Source: Diplonema japonicum (lineage: Eukaryota; Protista; Euglenozoa: Diplonemea). From it: DNA of 64,000 bases. The notes below the pieces were generated by a model. It had not been told where the DNA came from. It did not search any database and worked only from the letters and a program-made list of their open reading frames with translations. Of the stretch, positions 55,034 to 64,000 are shown one piece after another. Position numbers and translations under genes: made by a program. The first letter of the stretch is position 1. Every line of letters starts with the position of its first letter. Location: the NCBI GenBank assembly GCA_964019335.1, contig OZ025749.1:1-64000 (forward strand), written 5' to 3'.

Positions 55034-55130
55034 AGAGAAAAAAAAAAAAAAAATGTCTAACTCCTCCTTTCTAGCTTAGATGTGTGTGATCTTTAAAGCC
55101 TGTTTGGTTCCCCTTGTACCTTTATGGTGG

Positions 55131-55161
<31 letters not shown>

Positions 55162-55849
55162 AAAAGAAAAAGAAAAGAAAAAAAAAAAAAACGCTGGAAA
55201 AAAAAAAAGTTTTTTTTTCATTCTCAGTAGTCGAACGTTTATTACACCCTCCTTCAAGGGGAGAAAAAAAAAAGAAAAAAAACGAAGGGCTGGCATCTGT
55301 TGAATAAGAGAGTCCGGTAGTTTTTTTTTTGTTTCAAAATTACCATTTTTGAAAAAAAAAAAAAGAAGAAAAAAAGAAAGAAAGAAAGAAAAAAAAAAAA
55401 AAAAAAAAAAAAACGACAAGCGCGAACAGACTTTAAAAAAAAAAAGGGAGAAAAACTACAAACACGGCAACCAAATGAAAAAGATTTTCCACCGTTCAAG
55501 CAAACATTTCCTTTTTTTATTGACTCTACACTATGGGTAAGTCTTTTTTGGGTTGGGCTCTTAACAACCCATCTTTGTGCAACACGCACGGGATCATTCT
55601 CTTCCATTTGGCTATGACTTTCGGACTACGGATTCGCATTCGCGTCGTGTTTGTTGTTTTCTTCAAAAAAAAATTTTTTTTTTATATATCTTCCCCTCTC
55701 CCCTCCCTTGTTCGTTCCCCCCATCACCCCCCCTTTTTTGTTTTTGTTTTATGTCCCGGGATCAAGGTGTAACGACACTGTTCCTTCCCCTTTAAAATGA
55801 GGTCATCGCACCTTTTTTTTCCCCCCTCCTCTTTTTTTTTTTTTCCGCC

Positions 55850-55893
<44 letters not shown>

Positions 55894-55967
55894 GAAGTAG
55901 GGGGAGGGGAGGGGAGGGGGAAAGGTTTTAAAAAAAAAAAAAAAAAAAAAAAAAGAAAAAAAAAATT

Positions 55968-56699
55968 ATGAACGCGGGAAAACGTATCCGTCGCGAGGCC
56001 GAGCAGCTGAAGAAGAAGCCGTGCCGCGAGTTCATCGCCTACCCGAGCGACGACAACGAGTTCTCCTGGATGTTCACTATGCGCGGCCCGGAGGGCACCC
56101 CCTACGAGGAAGGGGTATACCACGGGAAACTAATCCTGCCTCTAAACTACCCATACGGCCCACCTGACGTCATGCTGGTTACACCAAACGGCCGGTTCGA
56201 GACAAATCTGAAAATCTGTTTATCCGAAGTCACTAGCTACCACCCCGAAAACTGGCAGCCATCATGGGGTGTGCACACTGTCCTTCACGCGTTGCGAGGC
56301 TTCATGAACACTCCTGGTAATAATGCCATTGGGGCTATTGAGTACCCTGAAAGTGAGAGGAGACGGTTGGCAAAGCAGTCGAGGACCTGGGTGTCTCCTG
56401 AAGGTGCTAGCATGGCGGAACACCTTAAGCTCTTGGATGACTCACCTCATTGGGCAGAGCGGGTCACTACAAGTAGTTCACCGTTGCACACCAAGACGCC
56501 ACCGGTGTCACCTCAGGTAGATCCGTTGTCGCCTGTGGCCCCCCCTCCCGTGTCCCCTCAACCTGCTGCCGAAGAGGCAGTGCCTGTACCCACGCCTGAG
56601 CCAGCACCGGTGGTGAGGCCGGTTGAACACATACCTCAGGGTTCGTGGCAGGTACAGGAAAACAGTTTGAACAATTTTATTGTGGTATGGTTGGAAGGG

Positions 56700-56746
<47 letters not shown>

Positions 56747-56822
56747 ACACAAGATGCTCCTGATCGGTATCATCGCCATTTTATCGAAAAAATACATCGA
56801 AAACGAGGGATTGGGTGAATAG
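55968..56822 (+). CDS. UBE2J: Ubiquitin-conjugating enzyme UBE2J/Ubc6, tail-anchored; exons 55968-56684, 56754-56822
   Basis: YHGKL, TPNGRFE...KICLS..SYHPENWQPSW; splicing completes the C-terminal TM NNFIV|MLLIGIIAILSKK. Confidence 0.92.
56685..56753 (+). other. 69-nt GT-AG intron, poly(T) core but A/C-rich final bases
   Basis: GTATGG...(T)nACCCACACAAG; removal restores the tail anchor. Confidence 0.82.
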
Positions 56823-57443
56823 AACTGGTTTTTTTTCTTCTTCTTTTTTTAAACGATGAAAGATGGGGGGGGGGGGGGGAGAAAGAAAGAAAATTCCTGT
56901 TTAAAAAAAAAAAAGAAAAAAGTTAGTTTGCTGTACACGAGACATATGGCAAAATGGCATCCTGTGACTTACTCCACACTCTTTCCTCCTGTTTTTTTTC
57001 CCCCCCCTCCCCCTACCAGCCCTCTCCTGCTTCTTCCCTCCCTCTCAGAACAAGTTAAAGGGGTAGTCGTGCCTAGGCCCCAGGTTAACTCCCTACAGGT
57101 TTCTAGCCCTGTGCCCACAGTATAGATGAGGGCAAGCCATGTAACAAAAGGGGAGGGAGGGGTGATGGAAAAGTCGAGCAAAGAATTTTTTTTTTTTTTT
57201 TATATATTCCTTTGCTTGTGTGCAAGAAGGAAAAAGAAAAAAGAAAAAAGAAAAAAAAAGAGAGAAAAAAAAAAAGAAAAAAAACCATTCTTTTTTTTTT
57301 TTTTTTTTTTTTAAGGGTGGTCCTCAAGTGGGATTTGCCCTTAAACATCGCCTTTTTTTTATTATTATTATTCTTCCTATCCCCCACCTCCGTTCCCCCA
57401 TTTCCCCTCTTTTTTTTATACAAAAATTCTTGACATTGAAGAC

Positions 57444-57474
<31 letters not shown>

Positions 57475-57502
57475 AAGAAAGAAAAAAACACAAAACCACA
57501 CA

Positions 57503-58477
57503 ATGGGTCGCGGGCGTGGAAAGAGCGTAACCATGGGCGCGCTACAGAAGAAAATGGGTGTGCAAAAATCAGGTTCGGCAAAGGAGTCGAGAAAAGCAGC
57601 CGCTTCTGGCGCGAAAAAGGCAAGAGAAGGGAAGATGGTGGACGGGGGGAAGGGGCTCCTGATACACCCAAGGAGCAGAAAGGCAAAACAGCTTATGCGC
57701 AACTTCAGCAACGAGGCGAAAAAAGCCGGGATGAAAAGCATCAAGGAGCGCAAGGAAAGAGCAAGGTTGATGAAATTCATATGGTTCAAGGATGCAATTG
57801 AGGCCGAATCGGAGAAATACGAAGGAATGAAATGTCTGCAACCGAACTACATTCAAGAAATCGCGAAAATTTTCATTACTCGTCACGACGCTGAGCTCAA
57901 GGCACTCCGTGAAAAGCGGACAATCACCGCATCCTACAGACTAATGCCCCCGACAGGCCGCGAAAAAGAACTATTGGCATACCGTGAGGAAGAGATCAAG
58001 CAAGCTCGGTCCGGAGACTTGGAAATCCCTCACATCGGTTCAAGAGCAGGTCTCACCGCACTTCTAGCATGGGACCGTGAGTTGACCACCCTCTACACTG
58101 TCCCCGGTACAGAAATTCGTGTTGAGAAAGAAGTTGAATCTGCTGAGTTTTCTCTTGGGTCGATTACCAGTGACAAGATCCAGCTGTTGAAGAAGCGTGT
58201 GCTTCAAAAGCACGACGATCGCCGAAAAGGGCGGGTGCTCGGGAAGGATGCGAAGGAGGCGAGGCAAGACTTGCAGACGGCCACCTCGAAATCCAGGAGG
58301 GCCGAGCTGTTCAGGGCGCGCCGTAACGCGGACACCGACACTACCATCACACCCACCCTCCCTGCCGCTGTCGCAAAAGCGCCCGCAAAGAAAAAAATAT
58401 CGAAGGTCGAACAAGCGCAGATGCGTGCTGCGGAGACAGCAGGCGCGACGCCTTTCGATTTCAAACCCGCGGCGTGA
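57503..58477 (+). CDS. TMA16: Translation machinery-associated protein 16-like
   Basis: IHPRSRKAKQL, KFIWFK, FITRHDAEL, RE..L and GDLEIPHI...W pattern, plus a basic C-terminal extension. Confidence 0.8.
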   Translation: MGRGRGKSVTMGALQKKMGVQKSGSAKESRKAAASGAKKAREGKMVDGGKGLLIHPRSRKAKQLMRNFSNEAKKAGMKSIKERKERARLMKFIWFKDAIEAESEKYEGMKCLQPNYIQEIAKIFITRHDAELKALREKRTITASYRLMPPTGREKELLAYREEEIKQARSGDLEIPHIGSRAGLTALLAWDRELTTLYTVPGTEIRVEKEVESAEFSLGSITSDKIQLLKKRVLQKHDDRRKGRVLGKDAKEARQDLQTATSKSRRAELFRARRNADTDTTITPTLPAAVAKAPAKKKISKVEQAQMRAAETAGATPFDFKPAA

Positions 58478-58633
58478 AGAAATGAACGGGAGGTGGACGA
58501 AGAAAAAAAAAAAAAAAAAAATCATTTTTTTTTTCCAATCATTTTTACGTTTTTTTTTTTTTTTTTTTTTTCTTTTTTTTTCATTCCCCCCCCAAAAAAA
58601 AAAGGAAAAAAAAAAAAAAAAAAAAAAAAAACG

Positions 58634-60160
58634 ATGCCCCCACAAGTGCCCACCCCAGGCACGGGCAAGAAAACCGTGCGGACGAAGGTCAAGAAAGTCG
58701 TGAAGAAGGTGGTGCGAAAGAAGGCGAACGCAAGCCCGAGCTTCCTTGAAGAAAAAGAGACACCGCTGAGCATCCTGGCACTGCCGCACATGAAAAAAGG
58801 AGAAACCGACGACTCTGACGCGATGAGCGACGACAGCAACAGCAGCAGCAGCGGGGTGGACATGGACACCATGAGGGGGAGGGAGAACACGAATGTACTG
58901 GGATCCTTCATGAATATAAGAACCGACAATTTCATCGAAGCAGAACCTCTACAAGCCACAGGGGTGAGAGACACTCTAAACGAGATACTTCTAACTCACC
59001 GAAAAGCAACTCTTTCCGACGACGAGGACGAAGACAGCAACAGCAACAACGACCAGCAGCTAACCACCTACATGGAGTTTGCACAGAAAGAAACCTCAGA
59101 CCAATTCGAAGAAAACAGAGGCTTCCCCTCCGCATTACGAGTCGGGACGGACCTCCCCCCATGGATGACACCGTTTGCGAGAAAACTCGGAAACGGTCCT
59201 CTTCAAAACCCGACTATATCATTACACTTTGAGATATCCGCGTACTTAAAACACACCTCATTGGGGAAGTCCGATAAACAGGTCAGAAAACGTGCGGGGA
59301 AAGCTGCGATGGAACTGGTTAAAACAGTGGTGCCGGACCTCTCCGCATCTCTGGTAGGTTCCCTGGCGACAAGGCTGGCCGACAATTCATCTACTGTTGA
59401 CGTGTCTGTGAGCCGAAAAAGCCCAGCTGATAAGATCCAACATGTTGCCCTGCAGAGGCTTTTTGAAACTTCGAACGACTGGAGTGTTGTTTACAAATCA
59501 GATGCAGTGCAAATCCATGAGGACTGCTTGGTCGTCACGCAGACAAGTACCGGGCAACGGGTCACTCTTATTCTTAACGATCCAACCGTTGAAAAAACCG
59601 CGGATTTTATAACAGCCGTGGAGGGTGTTTACAGCGACAAGCTGCGGGCATTAGTCGTTGTTCTGAAGGAAGTCTTGAGGCAGAGGAGGATCCGGGGAGG
59701 GCTTCGAACCCACGTCATCACGTTGCTGGCGGTTAGTTACCTCAACAGCAGGCGGGCTTCGAAACAGTCTGAGGAAGAAGGCTCGTTGACGCTCGACAAT
59801 TTCGGTTCGCTGTTCACGGATTTTTTACTGTTTCTCTGTTTCCGTTTCAACAGTTTCATCACGGGTTTGAACCCCGCAGACCCCACGGGGCGTGTCGTTC
59901 TGAAACACACTGGAATGGCCCCGGAGCACCACCTTCACGTCATCGACCCCGTTACTAAGAAGAACGCAGCCTACGCCGCGTACAACTGGGCGCTGACGCG
60001 AGAGGTTCTAGAGCATTGCGTCCGCATGCTGTCCTCCACCCCGGTATTGAAACCCGTCCCCGGTACACACCACGCGCTGCACCCTGTTGTGCTGAACAGA
60101 AGCACACTGCTTTCGAGGATCATAAACTCAACCCCACCACAGAAAGACGATGATGAATAA
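58634..60160 (+). CDS. TRF4/PAPD5-like nucleotidyltransferase-fold protein, probably catalytically degenerate
   Basis: LHFEI, VGSLAT..SSTVDV, LRALVVVLK..LRQR..GGL and PAP-associated-like LHVIDP..N. Confidence 0.72.
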   Translation: MPPQVPTPGTGKKTVRTKVKKVVKKVVRKKANASPSFLEEKETPLSILALPHMKKGETDDSDAMSDDSNSSSSGVDMDTMRGRENTNVLGSFMNIRTDNFIEAEPLQATGVRDTLNEILLTHRKATLSDDEDEDSNSNNDQQLTTYMEFAQKETSDQFEENRGFPSALRVGTDLPPWMTPFARKLGNGPLQNPTISLHFEISAYLKHTSLGKSDKQVRKRAGKAAMELVKTVVPDLSASLVGSLATRLADNSSTVDVSVSRKSPADKIQHVALQRLFETSNDWSVVYKSDAVQIHEDCLVVTQTSTGQRVTLILNDPTVEKTADFITAVEGVYSDKLRALVVVLKEVLRQRRIRGGLRTHVITLLAVSYLNSRRASKQSEEEGSLTLDNFGSLFTDFLLFLCFRFNSFITGLNPADPTGRVVLKHTGMAPEHHLHVIDPVTKKNAAYAAYNWALTREVLEHCVRMLSSTPVLKPVPGTHHALHPVVLNRSTLLSRIINSTPPQKDDDE

Positions 60161-60275
60161 AACAGGGATCACAAAAAAAAAAAAAAAATCAAGACTTTTT
60201 TTTTTCTTTCAAAATTTTCATTTTCTGGGGGGGGCAAAAAAAAAAATAAAAAAATAAGGTGGGTGAGGGGAGGGG

Positions 60276-60869
60276 ATGGACCCACATAAGAAGGACGCGG
60301 ACTTGCTGTGCAAGGTGCTGGTGGAGTTTGTGGAAAAACTGATACAAAGCGTCCTGCGGGTGCGTGGTGTGTACCCTGATGCTATGTTTGAAGAGTGCAT
60401 TTATCTAGGAGCGGAGTGCTGGGTGGCACGGCATGGGCTTCTAAGCGCCTATGTAGAAGAACAGGTGGGGAATGTCATGCCCCTTGTGCGTAAAGGGACC
60501 GTCGACAGGATAGTTGTGGTTGTTATGAAAGACGGGGTCGCTGTGGAGTGCGTAGGCCTTGACATAGCAGTCCACGTGCTCACGGCACCCTTGGACAGGT
60601 CTATTCTCTCCGACTGCCTGGCGTCGTTTCTTCACAAGCTGAAGTATCTCAATACGGTTGTCCCCCCGCACGACCCAGATCTCACCTGGACTTTCGAGGC
60701 ACACAGCCCTGTTGAGTCGCCTTCTCTCACCTCACCTCACTGGGTCCCCACTTCGCGGGATGCAAAGCCCGGGGCAGGTGCTGCCCTGTACCCTATCCGA
60801 TCGACGGCGGCCCATGCAACCATCGCTTCCTTGCCCCTTTCGCTGCAATTGTTCATCGAGAGCTACTGA
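60276..60869 (+). CDS. REV7: HORMA-domain protein REV7/MAD2L2
   Basis: EFVEKLIQSVLRVRGVYPDAMF, ARHGLLSAYV, and C-terminal PIRS...LQLFIE. Confidence 0.85.
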   Translation: MDPHKKDADLLCKVLVEFVEKLIQSVLRVRGVYPDAMFEECIYLGAECWVARHGLLSAYVEEQVGNVMPLVRKGTVDRIVVVVMKDGVAVECVGLDIAVHVLTAPLDRSILSDCLASFLHKLKYLNTVVPPHDPDLTWTFEAHSPVESPSLTSPHWVPTSRDAKPGAGAALYPIRSTAAHATIASLPLSLQLFIESY

Positions 60870-61058
60870 AGAAAAAAAAGGGGGGGGAAAAAAAAAAAAA
60901 AAAAAAAAAAAAGGCGGGTTACACCTAAAAAGTAGTTTTTTTTTTTCTTTTTTTTTTTTCTTTTCCTCCAGTTTTCTTCTTGTAAAATGAAGAACAACCT
61001 AACACCCACTACTAGGTTTCTTTCAACACTTCGCAAAAAAAAAAAAGAGAGAAAAAAA

Positions 61059-62708
61059 ATGTGGCGTGCAGCATGCTCTGTGGCCCTTGTCGGGCTGCTT
61101 GCGGTGCCTTCAGCGGCGCACCTGACTGTGGTGTGCACGGCGACGTCGCCGCAGCAACCGAACTCGTTCGCCTTCTGGTTCATGACCTACGACCACAGCC
61201 CTGATGTGGACAAGGCACCTGGGATGGTGTACATCAAGGACCCCAGTGCGAACGTGGTGCAGGCGGAGTTCTCGAACTTCTGCAAACCAGGGTCGGGGCT
61301 GCCGAAGGGAGGGGCAACGGTGGACGTGTTCGAAAACCTTTTGAAAACGCACTGCCTGGGACTGTCTGACCCGAGCGGGAGGGTCCCCATCTTCTCGGAC
61401 AGCCAGCTGACCTGCTACAACCCGGACACGAACAACCCTATCCCCCACTACGCCCTGGGGGTGACGGGGAGCACCGCCGTCGACACCCCTTACCACACGA
61501 GCGTCATGACAGACTACTACTTCGTGGTGGTGGAGAACACGAACGGGGACGTGTTGAAGTCGGGGAGCTACGTGACCTGGTTCACAGGGACGGACCAGAA
61601 CATGGACCCCTGCAGCACGGACTACCCCTGTTCCCTCGCCTCGCAGGCCTGGACCTTCGACATCTCTGTGATCAACGGGGGCCCGAGGTGCAAGACGGCT
61701 CCCCCCTCTTCCCTGACGGCCAACGTGGTCCCCGCGACGCTCAGCCAGTGCGACGGGTCGGTGCTCTCCATCTTCGTGGGGGAGGTGTGCCAGGCGCAGT
61801 GCGAGGCTGGCTACTCGAAGGCCGGGGTGCTGGAGTGCGTGGACAACGGGGACGGGACAGGGTCCTGGAGCAGCGGCTTCGCCTGCACGAACGACGTTGT
61901 GTGCGAGGTACCGTCGGCGGCGAACCAGAACAACCACCTCATCAGCCCGGACATCAAGGGAGTGCTTCCCCCGTGCGGGGCGCTCACCCCCGCGGACACG
62001 AGCTGCCCGTACACCTGCAACGGGTTCGGACACCAGACAGGTCCCGGGAAGATCAGGTGCACCAACGTGAACGGGAAGGGGGTGTGGAAGGCGGACGTGG
62101 CTGCGGGAGGGTACGACGGATGCGCTTGGACGGTCGCCCCGCCCCCTACCCCGCAGCCCACCAATGTTCCGTGCAATGACGGGGTGGAGGTGGTGGTGGG
62201 GGCAGGACCTTCTTCTGCTGTCCTTCTCGGGACCCCTTTGGACGGGGAGGACCGCTTCGAAGGCAGTGGGGTGAGGCTCACAGGCATCCCTTCGAGCCTG
62301 CGACAGACGAGGCTGCACGTCCCCGCCCTCCCTGTGGCCGAGGGGACCTCGATGGAGCTGAAGTGCTGTGGAACGGAGGAGTGCGAGTTCGTGGTGTCCC
62401 ACTACCACTGCCCTCCTTGCTCTAGAAAGGTGAATGGGGGCTTCCCCTCCCTCCTCCCCCTCTCTGGTTTTACGTCCGCCTCCTGCGCACCTCGGTACGG
62501 CACCACAGAGCAGAGGATGGTCTCCTACAGGATCCAGGTGCAGCCGGGGGAGTCCGTTGAGGTCCCCAAGACCACCACAGAGGCCTCCTCTTTCGTCGTC
62601 TTCAGCCAGACTGGGGCCCTTCCCAGTGATTGGTGTCCTGCTCTGAAGAACAGGGGTTGTGGAGGACCCTGTCCCGTCACTGCTTGCTCTTGCCACACTA
62701 CCTTGTGA
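61059..62708 (+). CDS. Secreted Cys-rich protein with two Sushi/CCP-like modules and a C-terminal YHCPPC domain
   Basis: Signal peptide; GEVCQAQCEAGY..LEC..GSW and SCPYTC..IRC..GVW; strong GC3 bias. Confidence 0.75.
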   Translation: MWRAACSVALVGLLAVPSAAHLTVVCTATSPQQPNSFAFWFMTYDHSPDVDKAPGMVYIKDPSANVVQAEFSNFCKPGSGLPKGGATVDVFENLLKTHCLGLSDPSGRVPIFSDSQLTCYNPDTNNPIPHYALGVTGSTAVDTPYHTSVMTDYYFVVVENTNGDVLKSGSYVTWFTGTDQNMDPCSTDYPCSLASQAWTFDISVINGGPRCKTAPPSSLTANVVPATLSQCDGSVLSIFVGEVCQAQCEAGYSKAGVLECVDNGDGTGSWSSGFACTNDVVCEVPSAANQNNHLISPDIKGVLPPCGALTPADTSCPYTCNGFGHQTGPGKIRCTNVNGKGVWKADVAAGGYDGCAWTVAPPPTPQPTNVPCNDGVEVVVGAGPSSAVLLGTPLDGEDRFEGSGVRLTGIPSSLRQTRLHVPALPVAEGTSMELKCCGTEECEFVVSHYHCPPCSRKVNGGFPSLLPLSGFTSASCAPRYGTTEQRMVSYRIQVQPGESVEVPKTTTEASSFVVFSQTGALPSDWCPALKNRGCGGPCPVTACSCHTTL

Positions 62709-62936
62709 TGAGGATGATGATGATGATGTGTGGGCAAAAGCGCGAATTAATTTTTTTTTATTTCAACAAGTTTAATCTACTTCCCTCTCTTCAAGCAACT
62801 TTTGCTCCTTTTGCTTCCTGAAAGAAGAAAGAAAAGAAAATGCAATTACCTCTCTTTGCATTTTATTTTTCGTTCTCTTTTTTTATTTTTAGGTGGAACA
62901 AGAACAAACCCGCCCACAAACCCGCAAGTTTCTGCA

Positions 62937-63012
62937 GTCCTGCTCTGAAGAACGGGGGTTGTGGAGGACCCTGTCCCGTCACAGTTTGCTCTTGCCACGA
63001 TACCTTGTGATG
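62937..63012 (+). repeat. Diverged duplicate of the last codons and stop of the upstream gene (62635-62710)
   Basis: GTCCTGCTCTGAAGAAC...GGAGGACCCTGTCCCGTCAC...TACCTTGTGATG is shared. Confidence 0.9.
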
Positions 63013-63085
63013 TGGTGGACAGGGGCGAAGTTTTTAATTTATTATTCACCTAAAAAAAATCATTTTAACGAATTCCTCTTCTTCT

Positions 63086-63129
<44 letters not shown>

Positions 63130-63372
63130 CTCAGGGTGAAAAAGAAAAAAGAGCAATTTTTTTGCCTTTGCAATTTGTTTCTTTTTCCTCCCGCCTTTTT
63201 TTTCATTCCCCCAACAATCCCTTCTACCACAATTCAACCCTTAATTCGGCGAATGAGGAGTAAACACCTTTTTCGAAAGGTGCTGCCTATCTCGTCTCTG
63301 AAATTGTTTCTTGCTGTCTGCTGAGGGCATCTTCACCATCATGGACTTCACGTACTACCCCTTCGGGAACGC

Positions 63373-63440
63373 GGGTACATGGGCCTTCACTGCGACTCGC
63401 TGCACATTCAAAACCCGCAGAACATCGTGCCGATACCCCA
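63373..63440 (+). repeat. 68-nt copy of GT61 coding sequence 38743-38810
   Basis: 67/68 identical by direct comparison. Confidence 0.93.
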
Positions 63441-64000
63441 CGAACAGGCAGCAAACTGCACGAGCGCAGAATCTTGGTTACCCGGGACGCACCGGCTGGG
63501 GTTGAGCTGTACACCGCACGCATTAAGGACACGACGCCCGGAACGCAGAAGAAGCTACAACTCGGCCGCGGCGCGCCCCCTGTAATGTTTTTCTTCTTTT
63601 TCTCTGCTTTTCTTTTTTTTGCTTCTCATTTCCAAAATTCAACCTTCCATTCGGCAACCGAGGAGGCTTTTGATGTAAAAGGCCTCTCTCTTGTCTCTGA
63701 AAACATGGGGAAAAAATAAAATAAAAAATAAAAAGCCAATCATGTTATCGTTCTCATAATCCTCTTTCAAAAAAAAAGAGGAAAAAAAAAAAAAAATCGC
63801 TCTAGAATTCCCTTTCCCTCCCCCCTTTTCATTGTTTGCCTCGTACATGATACAAGGTTTGTACTTCCCCCCTTGGGGATGACTATCATTTACTGAAGAC
63901 AAGTGACAGGGGGGGGGGTTTTTTTTGGGTACTGGTAAGCGAAAACGTCTTCTTTCTTTCTCTCTCTTTTTTCTTCTTCTCTCTCTCCATCCCCCCTGTT

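Overview
Gene-dense eukaryotic nuclear DNA, most likely a euglenozoan and probably a diplonemid (alpha-tubulin ending ...EGEEDVEEY, short GT-AG introns, Ubl-LRR gene type); the taxon is inference. About 27 intact protein genes, one frameshifted Ubl-LRR gene and two tRNAs (Gly-TCC, Leu-TAG) all lie on the + strand. Recognisable genes include STE20-like and MAP2K kinases, a pseudo-metacaspase/P-loop protein, SMYD, REEP/Yop1, a copine-like protein, PRCP, Beclin-1, alpha-tubulin, ABCC, GT61, Bin3/MePCE, ATG16L, ATP sulfurylase, a carotenoid oxygenase, UBE2J, TMA16, a TRF4-like protein and REV7. Six piggyBac-type elements with different termini sit in intergenic DNA, along with several short duplicated coding fragments. 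The most unusual feature is a homopolymer grammar. Ten inferred 33-71 nt introns mostly carry poly(A) or A/C runs where a polypyrimidine tract is expected. Poly(A) runs abut many start codons, spacers often switch from T/C tracts to A/G tracts, and a purine-to-pyrimidine gradient appears to run through each CDS. All gene models were built by eye without RNA data, and homopolymer lengths may be assembly-inexact.
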